57,384 nucleotides of DNA. Source: an uncultured virus (IMG/VR IMGVR_UViG_3300033233_000011). Taxonomy: Duplodnaviria > Heunggongvirae > Uroviricota > Caudoviricetes. The stretch lies in the IMG/VR virus record IMGVR_UViG_3300033233_000011; one strand, given 5' to 3'. This document shows positions 45,150-54,052 of the stretch, piece by piece. The position numbers and the translations under genes are program-made. The first letter of the stretch is position 1, and every line of letters starts with the position of its first letter. The notes under the pieces are model-generated. The model searched no databases. It saw only the letters and a list, made by a program, of their open reading frames with translations, and was not told where the DNA came from.

Positions 45150-45991
45150 TGGTCGCCGACTTCGCGCTCTCGATGCGGCTCTACAACAACCAGATCCGCA
45201 GTCGCCGGAACAAGATGAAGATCACTCAGGGCCAGCTAGCCGGCTTCGCTGACGTCAGCATCGGCACCGTGAACGGCTACGAGAGCCTGCGGGAGAGCCC
45301 CGTGACGCCGGACGGGCAGTGGCGAGAGCCGGCGAAGAAGCTCGCCGACTTCTTCGAGGTCGAGCCGGCGGTCCTGTGGCCCGAAGCCGTGCTTGCTGTG
45401 AAGAAGAGGCATGCCGAGTTCGAGATCACGGGCGAGCAGGCTCAGGCACTCGCGGGCCGGTCGTTCACGGCGCTGCCGGCGACGATTGACAGCCCCGAGG
45501 CCCTGCTGTCGGAGCGTCAGGGTCAGGAGTCGATCGATCGGGCTCTCTCGAAGCTGCCGAAGATGGAGCGGGACGTCATCGAGCGCGTGATCGGGTGGAA
45601 ACGCGAGGAGGAGACCCTGGAGCAGATCGGGGAGTCGTACGGCCGATCGCGCGAAGCGATGCGGCAGCACTACGTGAAGGGCATCAAGAAGCTGGGCCGC
45701 AACGGTGCCTTCCTGCGCCGGCTCGGCGTGAAGGAGCCGCCGCAGCTCGTGCTCAAGAGCCCGGAGGCGGTCGCGCAGCGCTGCGTCGCGGAGTTGCGCG
45801 GGCGGCCCGAGACTCAGTACGAGGTGTCGCCGCCGTTATGGTTCCAGTGGGCCTCGCGCTTCGGCTTCGACAACGGTGACGATCGGGACGCGAAGAGTTT
45901 CTACGCCGAGCTGAGCCGGATCGGCGCGGGACTGTTCGGCCCCACCGCCTCGGACAAGATCGAGGTCGCTGCGAGGCACGGGAGATGGTGA
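45149..45991 (+). CDS. XRE HTH plus sigma70 region-4 fusion regulator
   Basis: ITQGQLAGFADVSIGTVNGYE; ALSKLPKMERDVI...TLEQIGESYGRSREAMRQ. Confidence 0.8.
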   Translation: MVADFALSMRLYNNQIRSRRNKMKITQGQLAGFADVSIGTVNGYESLRESPVTPDGQWREPAKKLADFFEVEPAVLWPEAVLAVKKRHAEFEITGEQAQALAGRSFTALPATIDSPEALLSERQGQESIDRALSKLPKMERDVIERVIGWKREEETLEQIGESYGRSREAMRQHYVKGIKKLGRNGAFLRRLGVKEPPQLVLKSPEAVAQRCVAELRGRPETQYEVSPPLWFQWASRFGFDNGDDRDAKSFYAELSRIGAGLFGPTASDKIEVAARHGRW

Positions 45992-46338
45992 CCCTTACGA
46001 CCCGTCTCTTCCGCTGGTGCTGTCCGCAGTGCGACACGACGCTCGCGCTCACGACAGGCGAGGAGCGCGACGACCGCGTGCGCGGCGTCGACGCCGAGGG
46101 CTGGACCTCGTTCGAGCCCCGGTGCCCGTTCTGCCAGACCTTCATGGTCGATGAGGACACGATCGCTGCCTGGTACATGCACGCGCACGACGTTCCGGCT
46201 GGCAAGGGGTTCACGCTCGGGGTGGCCGACTTCGCGGAGTGGCGCGCGGCGCAGCCCAAGGTCGCGCACGCGGAGAACTGCGACGTCTACGACCGCGAGG
46301 AGAAGCCCTGCGGGTGCGGCGCGGACAGTCGGCGGTGA
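45985..46338 (+). CDS. Zinc-ribbon hypothetical protein
   Basis: CPQC, CPFC, H..NC...CGC. Confidence 0.6.
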   Translation: MVTLTTRLFRWCCPQCDTTLALTTGEERDDRVRGVDAEGWTSFEPRCPFCQTFMVDEDTIAAWYMHAHDVPAGKGFTLGVADFAEWRAAQPKVAHAENCDVYDREEKPCGCGADSRR

Positions 46339-46368
46339 TCGTCGCGGCGATCCCCGAAAAGAAGTAGG

Positions 46369-46695
46369 ATGGTCCTCGTGAACCGCTCCCCTCGCAAGAA
46401 GTGCCGCCAGCGCCGTCGGCGCCTCCCGCGCACCCACCGGCTCCCGCGCACTTTCACGTCCGCCGAGTTGCAGCGCGCCTACCGCGACGGCGTCGAGGAC
46501 GGCCTGCGGCAGGCCGGCGCCCGCGCGCTCCGCGTCGCGACCAGCGAGGAGGCCTGCCCGCACTCCCGGCACGAGCTGCTGGGCCTGTCGGTCGAGCTGG
46601 CCGAGAGGGGCGGCGACGTCGAGCTGGCGGCCGCGGCGCGGCGCATGGCGGAGCCTGGGCCGGTGGTGCTGATGTCGAAGGGGGGGACGGCGTGA
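46369..46695 (+). CDS. Hypothetical protein
   Basis: Stop overlaps the next start. Confidence 0.5.
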   Translation: MVLVNRSPRKKCRQRRRRLPRTHRLPRTFTSAELQRAYRDGVEDGLRQAGARALRVATSEEACPHSRHELLGLSVELAERGGDVELAAAARRMAEPGPVVLMSKGGTA

Positions 46696-47243
46696 CGGAC
46701 TGGGGGCGATTCTCGAATCCGATGCGCGCCGCGAACCCCGACGGCTCTCTAGGCCGCACGTGGCGCTCGCCCTCGGGCCTCCGCGAAGTCAAGCAGGAGG
46801 GCACGCGCGACGGCGTCCTACTCTACGCGGTGAGCACTGGCGGCTCTCGGCAGATGCAACTGATCCGCGCATCCGAACTTGAGGCCGAGATCCGTCGGGA
46901 CGAGCGGAACTACGAATCGCGGGCGGCCGGCGCTGCGAGCGCGCAAGTCGTTGCTACCGAAGCGCAGCAGCACAAGAGTTGGCTCGGCTTCACGGATGAT
47001 ATGAAGCCTACAGCAGCCGCGAGGGCAGACGAGGTTCTGTCTCGACAGGTGTACGTGCAGGGTCTGCCGGCGCAGCGCGGCGATCACATCATCCGGCTCG
47101 TGCGGGAGCACCGCATCGTGAAGATCCATCCACGGTACGGTCGCATCTTGGAGTCGCCGGACGGCTCGTTCTTGACCGAGAAGGACTTGACGAAGATCGG
47201 CTTGGACTTCGCGGGTTACTTGGCGAAGGGCGGGCAGGCGTGA
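46692..47243 (+). CDS. RFSNP-tagged hypothetical protein
   Basis: GTG 46692; starts MTDWGRFSNPMRAANPDG. Confidence 0.7.
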   Translation: MTDWGRFSNPMRAANPDGSLGRTWRSPSGLREVKQEGTRDGVLLYAVSTGGSRQMQLIRASELEAEIRRDERNYESRAAGAASAQVVATEAQQHKSWLGFTDDMKPTAAARADEVLSRQVYVQGLPAQRGDHIIRLVREHRIVKIHPRYGRILESPDGSFLTEKDLTKIGLDFAGYLAKGGQA

Positions 47244-48172
47244 CGGACTGGGGGAGGTTCTCGAATCCGTTGCGTGCCGCGAACCCGACCGACGGCCTCG
47301 GCGGCTCGCTCGACCGCGCGATGACCGACCTGCTCTCCTCCTGGAGCCCGGCGAAGGCTCAGCAGGTCGGGGCGTGGTTCGAAGAAAACTTCCGCGTGAG
47401 GTCCCCGAAGACGCCGCGCAGGATGAAGGGCCTCAAGGACCAGGCGGAGAAGCTCCGGTGGTGGCTCACGGCCGGTCCCAGCTCCTACGCGAACCAGCCC
47501 GAGACGGTCGAGCGCGAGGTCAGCCGGATCTGGTCGGAGATCCGGCCGAGGCTCGACGACCTCGTGGCCGGCTTCACCGACGAGGGTGGCGTCGTCGTGC
47601 CGAGAGAGGTCGTGGTCGGCGGGAACACGTACGTCAATGAGGTAGGCGCGAGCGAGGCCGCGCTCCGGAAGTACGTCGCGCGCCTCGAAGCCATCTTCGG
47701 CGACCTGCGCGGCTGGCACCGGCGGGCGCTGGTCGGCGGCGTGACCGTGGTGCTCGCGAGCCCGCGGAACTTCCGCGGGACTGCCGGCGGCGTCTACAAG
47801 AGGAGCGAGGGCGGCAAGCTCTACGTCCGGGCGACGCCCGACGTGCTCAACCGCACCGGCGGCGCCTACGGGAGCTTCGAGTACATCCTGACGCACGAGA
47901 TCGGACACCGCTACGAGGACAAGCACCGGCTGCCCGCGGACTTCGACAAGCCCGGGTGGTGGACGACGAAGTACAGCATGAACGAGGGCGAGAGCTTCGC
48001 CGAGCTGTTCGCGCTCAGCAACTTCGGGCTCCTGCCGCACCCGAGCCAGCGCCAGTGGGACCCGGCGGTCGTGGACCGGTTCGAGGCGCTGATGTCGAGG
48101 CAAGAAGGCGTCGCGAGGCCGGAGCTACCCGAGCACCTGCGACGGTTTCGCGAGGTAGTGAAGGGCGGGTAG
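47240..48172 (+). CDS. RFSNP-tagged zinc metallopeptidase (HExxH...E)
   Basis: Starts MTDWGRFSNPLRAANP; GGVY, LTHEIGHR, TKYS, ESFAELF. Confidence 0.8.
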   Translation: MTDWGRFSNPLRAANPTDGLGGSLDRAMTDLLSSWSPAKAQQVGAWFEENFRVRSPKTPRRMKGLKDQAEKLRWWLTAGPSSYANQPETVEREVSRIWSEIRPRLDDLVAGFTDEGGVVVPREVVVGGNTYVNEVGASEAALRKYVARLEAIFGDLRGWHRRALVGGVTVVLASPRNFRGTAGGVYKRSEGGKLYVRATPDVLNRTGGAYGSFEYILTHEIGHRYEDKHRLPADFDKPGWWTTKYSMNEGESFAELFALSNFGLLPHPSQRQWDPAVVDRFEALMSRQEGVARPELPEHLRRFREVVKGG

Positions 48173-48202
48173 GGCGCCGCCTTTTCGCCAGCAGTTCGGG
48201 GC

Positions 48203-48688
48203 TCACAAGCCCACCTCCCCGAACGGGATCCCAGGCAGCACCTTCCTCAGCGCTTCCCTGCACCGCTCGACGAGGTCCAGTTCCGCGCCCCAGCGCCGGC
48301 AGAGGCCCGAGGGGTGCGGCAGAAGCACGAGCGTGAGCGGCGCGTGCTTCATGCTCACGTACGGCGCGGGCGAGTGGTCGTGGATCTCGAAGGCGTCGGC
48401 TACCTTCCGGCCGAGCAGGATGATCGCCGGTCGCGTCTGGCGCAGAGGATCAGTGAGATCGCCCTCGTGCCTGAAGCGGATGGCGGCCGCTGCCTCGCGC
48501 GCCGCCGGCACCGACCACTTGCCGGCGAGCAGGTTCACGCGCTCGAAGCTCCCGAGGTACGTGACGTCGCGCAGCCCGAGCACCTCGTGGCAGAGGCGCC
48601 AGCCCGCGCAGCCGATCGGCGCCGGGTACAGGGCGTAGTGCGGGTCCGTGCCGTAAGGATTACTTTCACCGACGAGCAGGGGCTTCAC
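48203..48688 (-). CDS. Uracil-DNA glycosylase-like fold protein
   Basis: LLVGESNP, RVNL, IILLGRKVA, LPHPSG. Confidence 0.7.
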   Translation of the reverse strand: MKPLLVGESNPYGTDPHYALYPAPIGCAGWRLCHEVLGLRDVTYLGSFERVNLLAGKWSVPAAREAAAAIRFRHEGDLTDPLRQTRPAIILLGRKVADAFEIHDHSPAPYVSMKHAPLTLVLLPHPSGLCRRWGAELDLVERCREALRKVLPGIPFGEVGL

Positions 48689-49077
48689 TTGCCCCACTTC
48701 GACTTGCCGACGGGCAAGATCCAGTCGTTCGGCTTCTTCCTCAGCGCCCCGCACGTCACGCACCACTCGTGCTCGTCGCCCGCCGGGCCCGGCGATTCGT
48801 GTTCGCAGCGGTCGAGCGGGTGCTGCTGGTCGCGCTGGAACTTCGAAAAACTCGCCGTGAACCTGGCCTCTCCCGGGTGCCCGGCGACGTGCCACAGCCA
48901 GAGGCCCAGCCTCGCCGCGAGCAGGAGCGGCCACAGCGCCGCGAGGCCGACGAGCACCGCCGCGATGACGATCTTCATCATCCACGACGGCAGGGGCGTC
49001 CCCTCGACGTCGGGGTGCGACGTGACGATGAAGTACGTCGCCGCGCAGATCCAGCCGCTGAGGTAGATCCAGATCAC
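48685..49077 (-). CDS. Membrane protein (two TM) with Cys/His tail
   Basis: GTG 49077; two hydrophobic helices. Confidence 0.6.
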   Translation of the reverse strand: MIWIYLSGWICAATYFIVTSHPDVEGTPLPSWMMKIVIAAVLVGLAALWPLLLAARLGLWLWHVAGHPGEARFTASFSKFQRDQQHPLDRCEHESPGPAGDEHEWCVTCGALRKKPNDWILPVGKSKWGK

Positions 49078-49478
49078 AGGAGACCTCCGATCAGTTCCAG
49101 TTCCAGCTCGATCTCGTTCAGCGCCTTGCAGGTCTTGCGGTTCAGGCCCGGGATCAGCAGGACGTCCCGGCGAGGCCATTTCGCCATCGCGTGCCACTGA
49201 TTCTGATGCGTCACACCGGCCCGACGCAGCGCACCGGAAATCGCCAGCCCTGCGTGGTCGCTGTGCGTAATCTTCGGACCCTCGGGGCGAGGCAGCGTGG
49301 CGAGCTTCTGGCGCAATTCTTCCTCGCGGTCGGCTCGCGCAGCGGCCACCTTCAGATCCTTCACCCGTTGGCGCAGTGGCCGAGCACGGCGCAGGATCTC
49401 CTCAGACCTCGCGTCGAGGGCGGCAACGCGAGCTTGCAGGCGTTCGAGCCGCGCTCTCAGGTGCTCTGATCGGGTCAT
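49074..49478 (-). CDS. Coiled-coil protein with RNAP alpha-CTD-like C-terminus
   Basis: ALRRAGV...DVLLIPGLNRKT...EI. Confidence 0.45.
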   Translation of the reverse strand: MTRSEHLRARLERLQARVAALDARSEEILRRARPLRQRVKDLKVAAARADREEELRQKLATLPRPEGPKITHSDHAGLAISGALRRAGVTHQNQWHAMAKWPRRDVLLIPGLNRKTCKALNEIELELELIGGLL

Positions 49479-50236
49479 GGCTCGAACACGCTCAGCCACT
49501 CGACGCTGTCCTTGGTCATGCTCCGCCGCGTCTGGCCCTTGCGGAGCTTCGTGATGTCGCGCGTGGAGTCGGCGTCGCAGATGCCGAACGGTAGCGAGAC
49601 GACGACCCGGTGCCCGGCGGCGCGCCATCGCGTGGCGAGTGTCGTGGCGTCGTCGAGCACGTCACCGTAGCCGGTTCGATCTGGATACTGTGGGTCGCAG
49701 TACACGCGCGTGGGCGCGTACTTGCGCGGGTCCAGTGCATCTGCGTCTGCATGGAGCACCTCGACCTTGCCGGGCACGTCGAAGTTTCGAAGGCGCTCGG
49801 CGAGGCTCTTCCTGCTCGGGATGAAGCCGTCGACGCTCGGCCTGAGCTTGTGCCGGCCCTTGAAACCTCCGACTCCGCCCCGCGCGCCGGCGGTCCACAG
49901 GAACCATGCAGATGCCGAGGGCATCACACCGCGATATCGAGAAGCCTCCCACACTTTCTTGGCGTCGGGACGTTTGGCCGCATTTGAGATGTCGGCCGCC
50001 AGCATGCTGCGCCGGTCCCTGTTCAGCAGGGACTCCAGAGCGGCGCACAGGTGTCGGTCGCTGTCGACCATGAGCACGCGCTTCGTCGTCCCCGGCTCGA
50101 TTCCCAAGGCTTCGAGGATCGGCCCCACGTACCCGCGCTTGCTCCCGATCCTCGACACCGGAGGCGGGGGCGCGCCGACCGCGGCCCACGTGACGGCGCC
50201 GAGGCCGCAGCACAACTCGATCAGGTCGTACTTCAT
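49475..50236 (-). CDS. Dam/D12-like DNA amino-methyltransferase
   Basis: IELCCGLGAV, RIGSKR, VYCDPQY (DPPY variant). Confidence 0.7.
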   Translation of the reverse strand: MKYDLIELCCGLGAVTWAAVGAPPPPVSRIGSKRGYVGPILEALGIEPGTTKRVLMVDSDRHLCAALESLLNRDRRSMLAADISNAAKRPDAKKVWEASRYRGVMPSASAWFLWTAGARGGVGGFKGRHKLRPSVDGFIPSRKSLAERLRNFDVPGKVEVLHADADALDPRKYAPTRVYCDPQYPDRTGYGDVLDDATTLATRWRAAGHRVVVSLPFGICDADSTRDITKLRKGQTRRSMTKDSVEWLSVFEP

Positions 50237-50613
50237 TGCTTGGTGTTTTCTTCTATCAGATGCAGCAACGATCTTAGATCCTCGCCCACATCGATCCCGT
50301 GTTCTTCCAGGGCGACGACGCCGTTGTAGAATTTCATCACTAGGCTCTGATTATCTTTTTCCGACTCTTCGAGATTCAGCATCTTGATTGCGGCGGTCAG
50401 ATTTGTAGCGGTGTCTTTGAGAGCGTGCAGGAGCTTTACTTTTTTGCTGCGTTCGTCTCGGTACTTCTTGTGGTCCAACTGGTCTGCGTGGCTCATCCAG
50501 TTCTCGATCTCGCCTATCTCACGAGATGTTTCGATCCTGGCGGCGACGAGCCCCTGCATTCTTTCACCGAGCTTACTGAAGTGCGCCGCTCGCTTCGCTG
50601 CTCCTTGGCTCAT
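50233..50613 (-). CDS. Coiled-coil hypothetical protein, low GC
   Basis: ATG 50613 overlaps the upstream stop. Confidence 0.6.
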   Translation of the reverse strand: MSQGAAKRAAHFSKLGERMQGLVAARIETSREIGEIENWMSHADQLDHKKYRDERSKKVKLLHALKDTATNLTAAIKMLNLEESEKDNQSLVMKFYNGVVALEEHGIDVGEDLRSLLHLIEENTKQ

Positions 50614-51404
50614 CGCAGCACCTCCACTCTCGCCCCGCGCTTCTCCACGTACTCCACGAACGCGCGCACGTTCCTCCCCACCGCCCGCAGGATCGGCCGG
50701 GCGTACGGCGCGCACTCGACGATGACGCCGCCCTCGAAGGCGACCGCGTAGGCGGCGCTCGGGGAGACGACGCGCAGCCAGCCGGAGGCGGGTAGGTTCA
50801 TCGCTTCTCCAGGTACGCGGCGATCTGCTCCGCGTGTTCCTGCAGCACGTTCTCGACTTCCGCCGGCAGCTCGAACTCGCTGTCCCGGCCGATCGAGATC
50901 GTGAGCGAGACCTCTTCGTTGAGGGTCCAGTGTCGGCCCTGGACGGCGCGGACGATCGGCTCGCCTTTTTTCTTGGTCTTCTTGGTCACCAATCACCCGC
51001 CCTGTAGTGCTCTTGCGATGCGTACGCGATCCCGACGAAGCCGCAGCCCTTGGGGCACGCCCCGTTGAGCCGCGGCCAGCGCCGGCGGACCTCGCCGGCG
51101 GCAGGGTTTCCCACGATGAAGTCGACGTCGTCCCTCGGAACCCAGCCTGCGAGGATCTTCTCCGCCTCGACCGGGTCGAAGGCGACGCCGTGGTCGCAGG
51201 CCATCAGTCCTCCTCCTCCGGCTCGTAGAGCGTGACCACGACCTGCGTCAGGCCGCCCGCCCCGAACACCCACTCGACGCCGATCACGTCGTACGTCTGC
51301 CCGCCGATCGTGACGTCGTCGCTGACGCGGGGCACCATGGGCAGGTGCACCTCCAGGAGCAGCGTCGTCTCGCCCTCGTCGTCCTCGACCTCGAACCTGA
51401 TCAT
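50610..51404 (-). CDS. Run of four small coupled hypothetical ORFs (50610-50801, 50798-50992, 50986-51204, 51204-51404)
   Basis: Overlapping start/stop codons, plausible composition. Confidence 0.5.
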
Positions 51405-53335
51405 GTTTCCTCCACCTTGTGCGAGCGCAGCAGCATCTTCGCCTCCTCCGACCCGCGGAAGTACGGCTTGATCCAAGTCGGCCGCCTGAGCGAGTGCCTC
51501 GGCCCCCAGGGCTGGCTCTTCCAGTGCCCGCGCGTCAGGGACTGCACCTTCATCGGGCCGCCGCCCTTCCCGGTCCTCGCCTCCCTCACCCGATCGCGCA
51601 GGTCGATCGTCACCGGCGCCGAGAGCAGGTAGCGGACCTGATCCGGCTCGCCGCGCCGGCGCTTCGACCCGTTCGACCCGCTCGACCCATTCCGGCCGCC
51701 AGCGCCCTCCTTCTTGAACTCGTCGGGGTTCGAGAGCGCCAGGCAGCTCCCGAGTGCGAGTGAGACCAGCATGTCGCGGTCGGCGTCCGTGAGCTTCGCG
51801 CTCGCCCACAGCTCGACCTGCCCGCCGGCCCGCACGAGGAACGCGGGCTCCGTCCCGACGAGCCAAACCCGCGCCGCGTCGCCGAGCAGTCCGTCCGGCA
51901 CCACGAGCGACCACGCCTCCCACGGCGCGCGGACGTCGACGCCCTTCTCTTTCAGGTCGTGCACGTCGGTCAGGCACAGGGACGCGGCGAGCTTGTGGCC
52001 GACTTCGAGCCGCGCGAACGTGGAGCAGCGCCAGTGCCAGGTGAACTCGATGAAGCTGGTAGTAAATGCCCCTTCTTCTTTGGCGCGGGGTACGCCAGCG
52101 ATGAAAGTCATGATCCTTTGCATGACGTTCGGGCATCGTTCGATCAGTAGTTCACACTCATTTTCTTTGTAGCCAATACCCTCTGGCGTGTTTCTGAGCA
52201 GGCCCACAGCGATGATGAACTCTGCGCTGGACATCACCGCGACCTCGACGTTGCGGGCGCTCGTCAGGCTCGGGGGCCAGATCAACTCGCGCGCGAGTTT
52301 CGTCGCCGCGTCGAGGTCCACACCTTCCGGTTCAACAGCGATCAGCAGTTCGCGTACGTCGATCAGCTTCACGATGGGTCCGCCGGGGACGTCCCGGACG
52401 CCGTGTTGCACAAGAGCGCGTCGGAATGAGTCGGTCCACCCACTTCCAGGGCCGCCGAGGGGCGCCATGGTATCGGTGAGGCTCTTCTCAGCATCGAAGC
52501 CGTCGGGGTGTGTGTTGCGGAGACTGTCGACGGTCTCGGTCAGCATGTCGGTGAACTTCGATTGTTTCGTGTGGTCGAGCGTGTACGCGAACCTTCGCGC
52601 CTCCGCTGGTCGCGCGATCGACCATGAGACCAGAAATGCTGCCGAGACGAATCCGGCGAGGTCACCCACGTCCCAGATCGACTGCCAGCGAGCCGCGTGC
52701 TCGGGAGTGATACTTACGCCAATAATCTTTTTTCCGTCCACGACGATCGCGGATTTGGTCCCCTCGAAGAAGTCCCGCAGGGCGTCGCGGCGCCTTTCCA
52801 CGTCTGGGTCGTTGCACCTGACGTCCTTCGACGTGAACTTCTGCTGCACCTCGGCGAGTGCCTCCTCGAACGTGATGTCATTGCGCGACGGCGGGTCAAT
52901 GGACAAGCCGACGTGCCGCCCGAGGTCGAAGGGCCAGGTGTCAGTGTTCGGCTCTTGGTCGATTGATTTGGCAAGGTCGACGACGGGTCCGCCGGGCGCG
53001 TCGGCGGTTCCGGTCTCGGCCGCGACGCGGCGCAACTCCTCCAGGATCACCCGGCGCATTTCACCGTCGGCGAGATGCTCGGCCTTCGTCCATAAGCCAG
53101 TGAGGCTCGCTTCGAGGTCCACGCCGCTCGGGTGCTCCCGCTGCGCGGCGGCGAGCTTGGGCGCCATCTCCTCGCGCAGCTTTTGCCGGAGGGCCTCGCG
53201 CGACTCGCCGATCCGGCGCTCGGACTTCTTGAACTGCCTCTCGGCGTCTGTCACTTTCACGGCTGCTTCTTTCTCCCTCTCCTGCAACATCCGCAGCCGA
53301 GCCCGCGCTCGTCGCATTTGTTCGTCGGGTTTCAC
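51401..53335 (-). CDS. Large hypothetical protein with RGHW...WIxPY C-terminal motif and an internal repeat
   Basis: 644 aa; TRGHWKSQPWGP...WIKPYFRG. Confidence 0.7.
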   Translation of the reverse strand: MKPDEQMRRARARLRMLQEREKEAAVKVTDAERQFKKSERRIGESREALRQKLREEMAPKLAAAQREHPSGVDLEASLTGLWTKAEHLADGEMRRVILEELRRVAAETGTADAPGGPVVDLAKSIDQEPNTDTWPFDLGRHVGLSIDPPSRNDITFEEALAEVQQKFTSKDVRCNDPDVERRRDALRDFFEGTKSAIVVDGKKIIGVSITPEHAARWQSIWDVGDLAGFVSAAFLVSWSIARPAEARRFAYTLDHTKQSKFTDMLTETVDSLRNTHPDGFDAEKSLTDTMAPLGGPGSGWTDSFRRALVQHGVRDVPGGPIVKLIDVRELLIAVEPEGVDLDAATKLARELIWPPSLTSARNVEVAVMSSAEFIIAVGLLRNTPEGIGYKENECELLIERCPNVMQRIMTFIAGVPRAKEEGAFTTSFIEFTWHWRCSTFARLEVGHKLAASLCLTDVHDLKEKGVDVRAPWEAWSLVVPDGLLGDAARVWLVGTEPAFLVRAGGQVELWASAKLTDADRDMLVSLALGSCLALSNPDEFKKEGAGGRNGSSGSNGSKRRRGEPDQVRYLLSAPVTIDLRDRVREARTGKGGGPMKVQSLTRGHWKSQPWGPRHSLRRPTWIKPYFRGSEEAKMLLRSHKVEET

Positions 53336-53529
53336 AGCTTCTTGATCTCCGCGATCACGTTTCGGAGCTTCACCGTCGCCAGGTCCGTCGGGTGCGCCGC
53401 GGCCAGCAGTTCGAACACGCCGACGAGCCCCGCCACCCTCCGCGCCAGGGCCTCGACCACGAGCGGGTCCACGCCGCGCGCGGACTTGCGGACGAAGGTG
53501 ACGGCCCAGTCGGGGACGGTGGGCCTCAT
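53332..53529 (-). CDS. Small hypothetical protein
   Basis: ATG 53529 (MRPTVPDW...). Confidence 0.5.
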   Translation of the reverse strand: MRPTVPDWAVTFVRKSARGVDPLVVEALARRVAGLVGVFELLAAAHPTDLATVKLRNVIAEIKKL

Positions 53530-53594
53530 GAACGGTCTATGGCCGCCCGGATGAACGTCGCGGCGACTTGCGGGACGATGGCGTTGCCGTTCAC
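53526..53594 (-). pseudogene. Orphan duplicate of the C5-methyltransferase C-terminus (22-aa mini-ORF)
   Basis: Translates VNGNAIVPQVAATFIRAAIDRS*, versus the MTase end YGNAIVPHVAAVFVRAAMEAICAANS*. Confidence 0.8.
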
Positions 53595-54052
53595 GGAGAC
53601 ACCTTGAGCCACGCAGCAACTACCGACCGCAGGGTCGCCTCGCCCCAATCACCCATCGCGGCGTTCATCAGGTGGCACACGATCCGCACGTTGCCGACGA
53701 CGTAGCCGAGCTTCGGGTCGATCCGGTCAAGGCTAGGGCTGTTGAACTTCCGTCCGCCATCCAGGCCGAGCGCGATGCCGCTGACCGTGCATACGCCAGT
53801 ATTGATTTGGAATTGAAGAGCGGCGACGTCCGCCGCGCCAAGTAAAAACGGCAGCCCCCGGCGCTTGGCTCTGATCCGCGCCGCCGCAACGAGGCACATC
53901 GCCCGCTTGAGCTTGCGTCGATGCGTGCTCTTCTCTGTGAGGTAGTCGTGGTTCTCCGCACGCCACTCCGCCGCTTTGGCCCGGATGCGGTTGCCGTGTA
54001 ACGCCAACCGCTCTTTGGCGTAGCTTTTCTTTCGATCAACTGTTTGCGGCAC
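53591..54052 (-). CDS. HNH-like (His-Me finger) endonuclease
   Basis: CTVSG...SPSLDRIDPKLGYVVGNVRIVCHLMN. Confidence 0.8.
   Translation of the reverse strand: MPQTVDRKKSYAKERLALHGNRIRAKAAEWRAENHDYLTEKSTHRRKLKRAMCLVAAARIRAKRRGLPFLLGAADVAALQFQINTGVCTVSGIALGLDGGRKFNSPSLDRIDPKLGYVVGNVRIVCHLMNAAMGDWGEATLRSVVAAWLKVSP

Noticed and set aside
48650..48688. GESNP in the UDG-like protein as another NP tag
   Set aside because: Lies in the UDG-fold catalytic motif position and lacks the aromatic-x-R-F prefix
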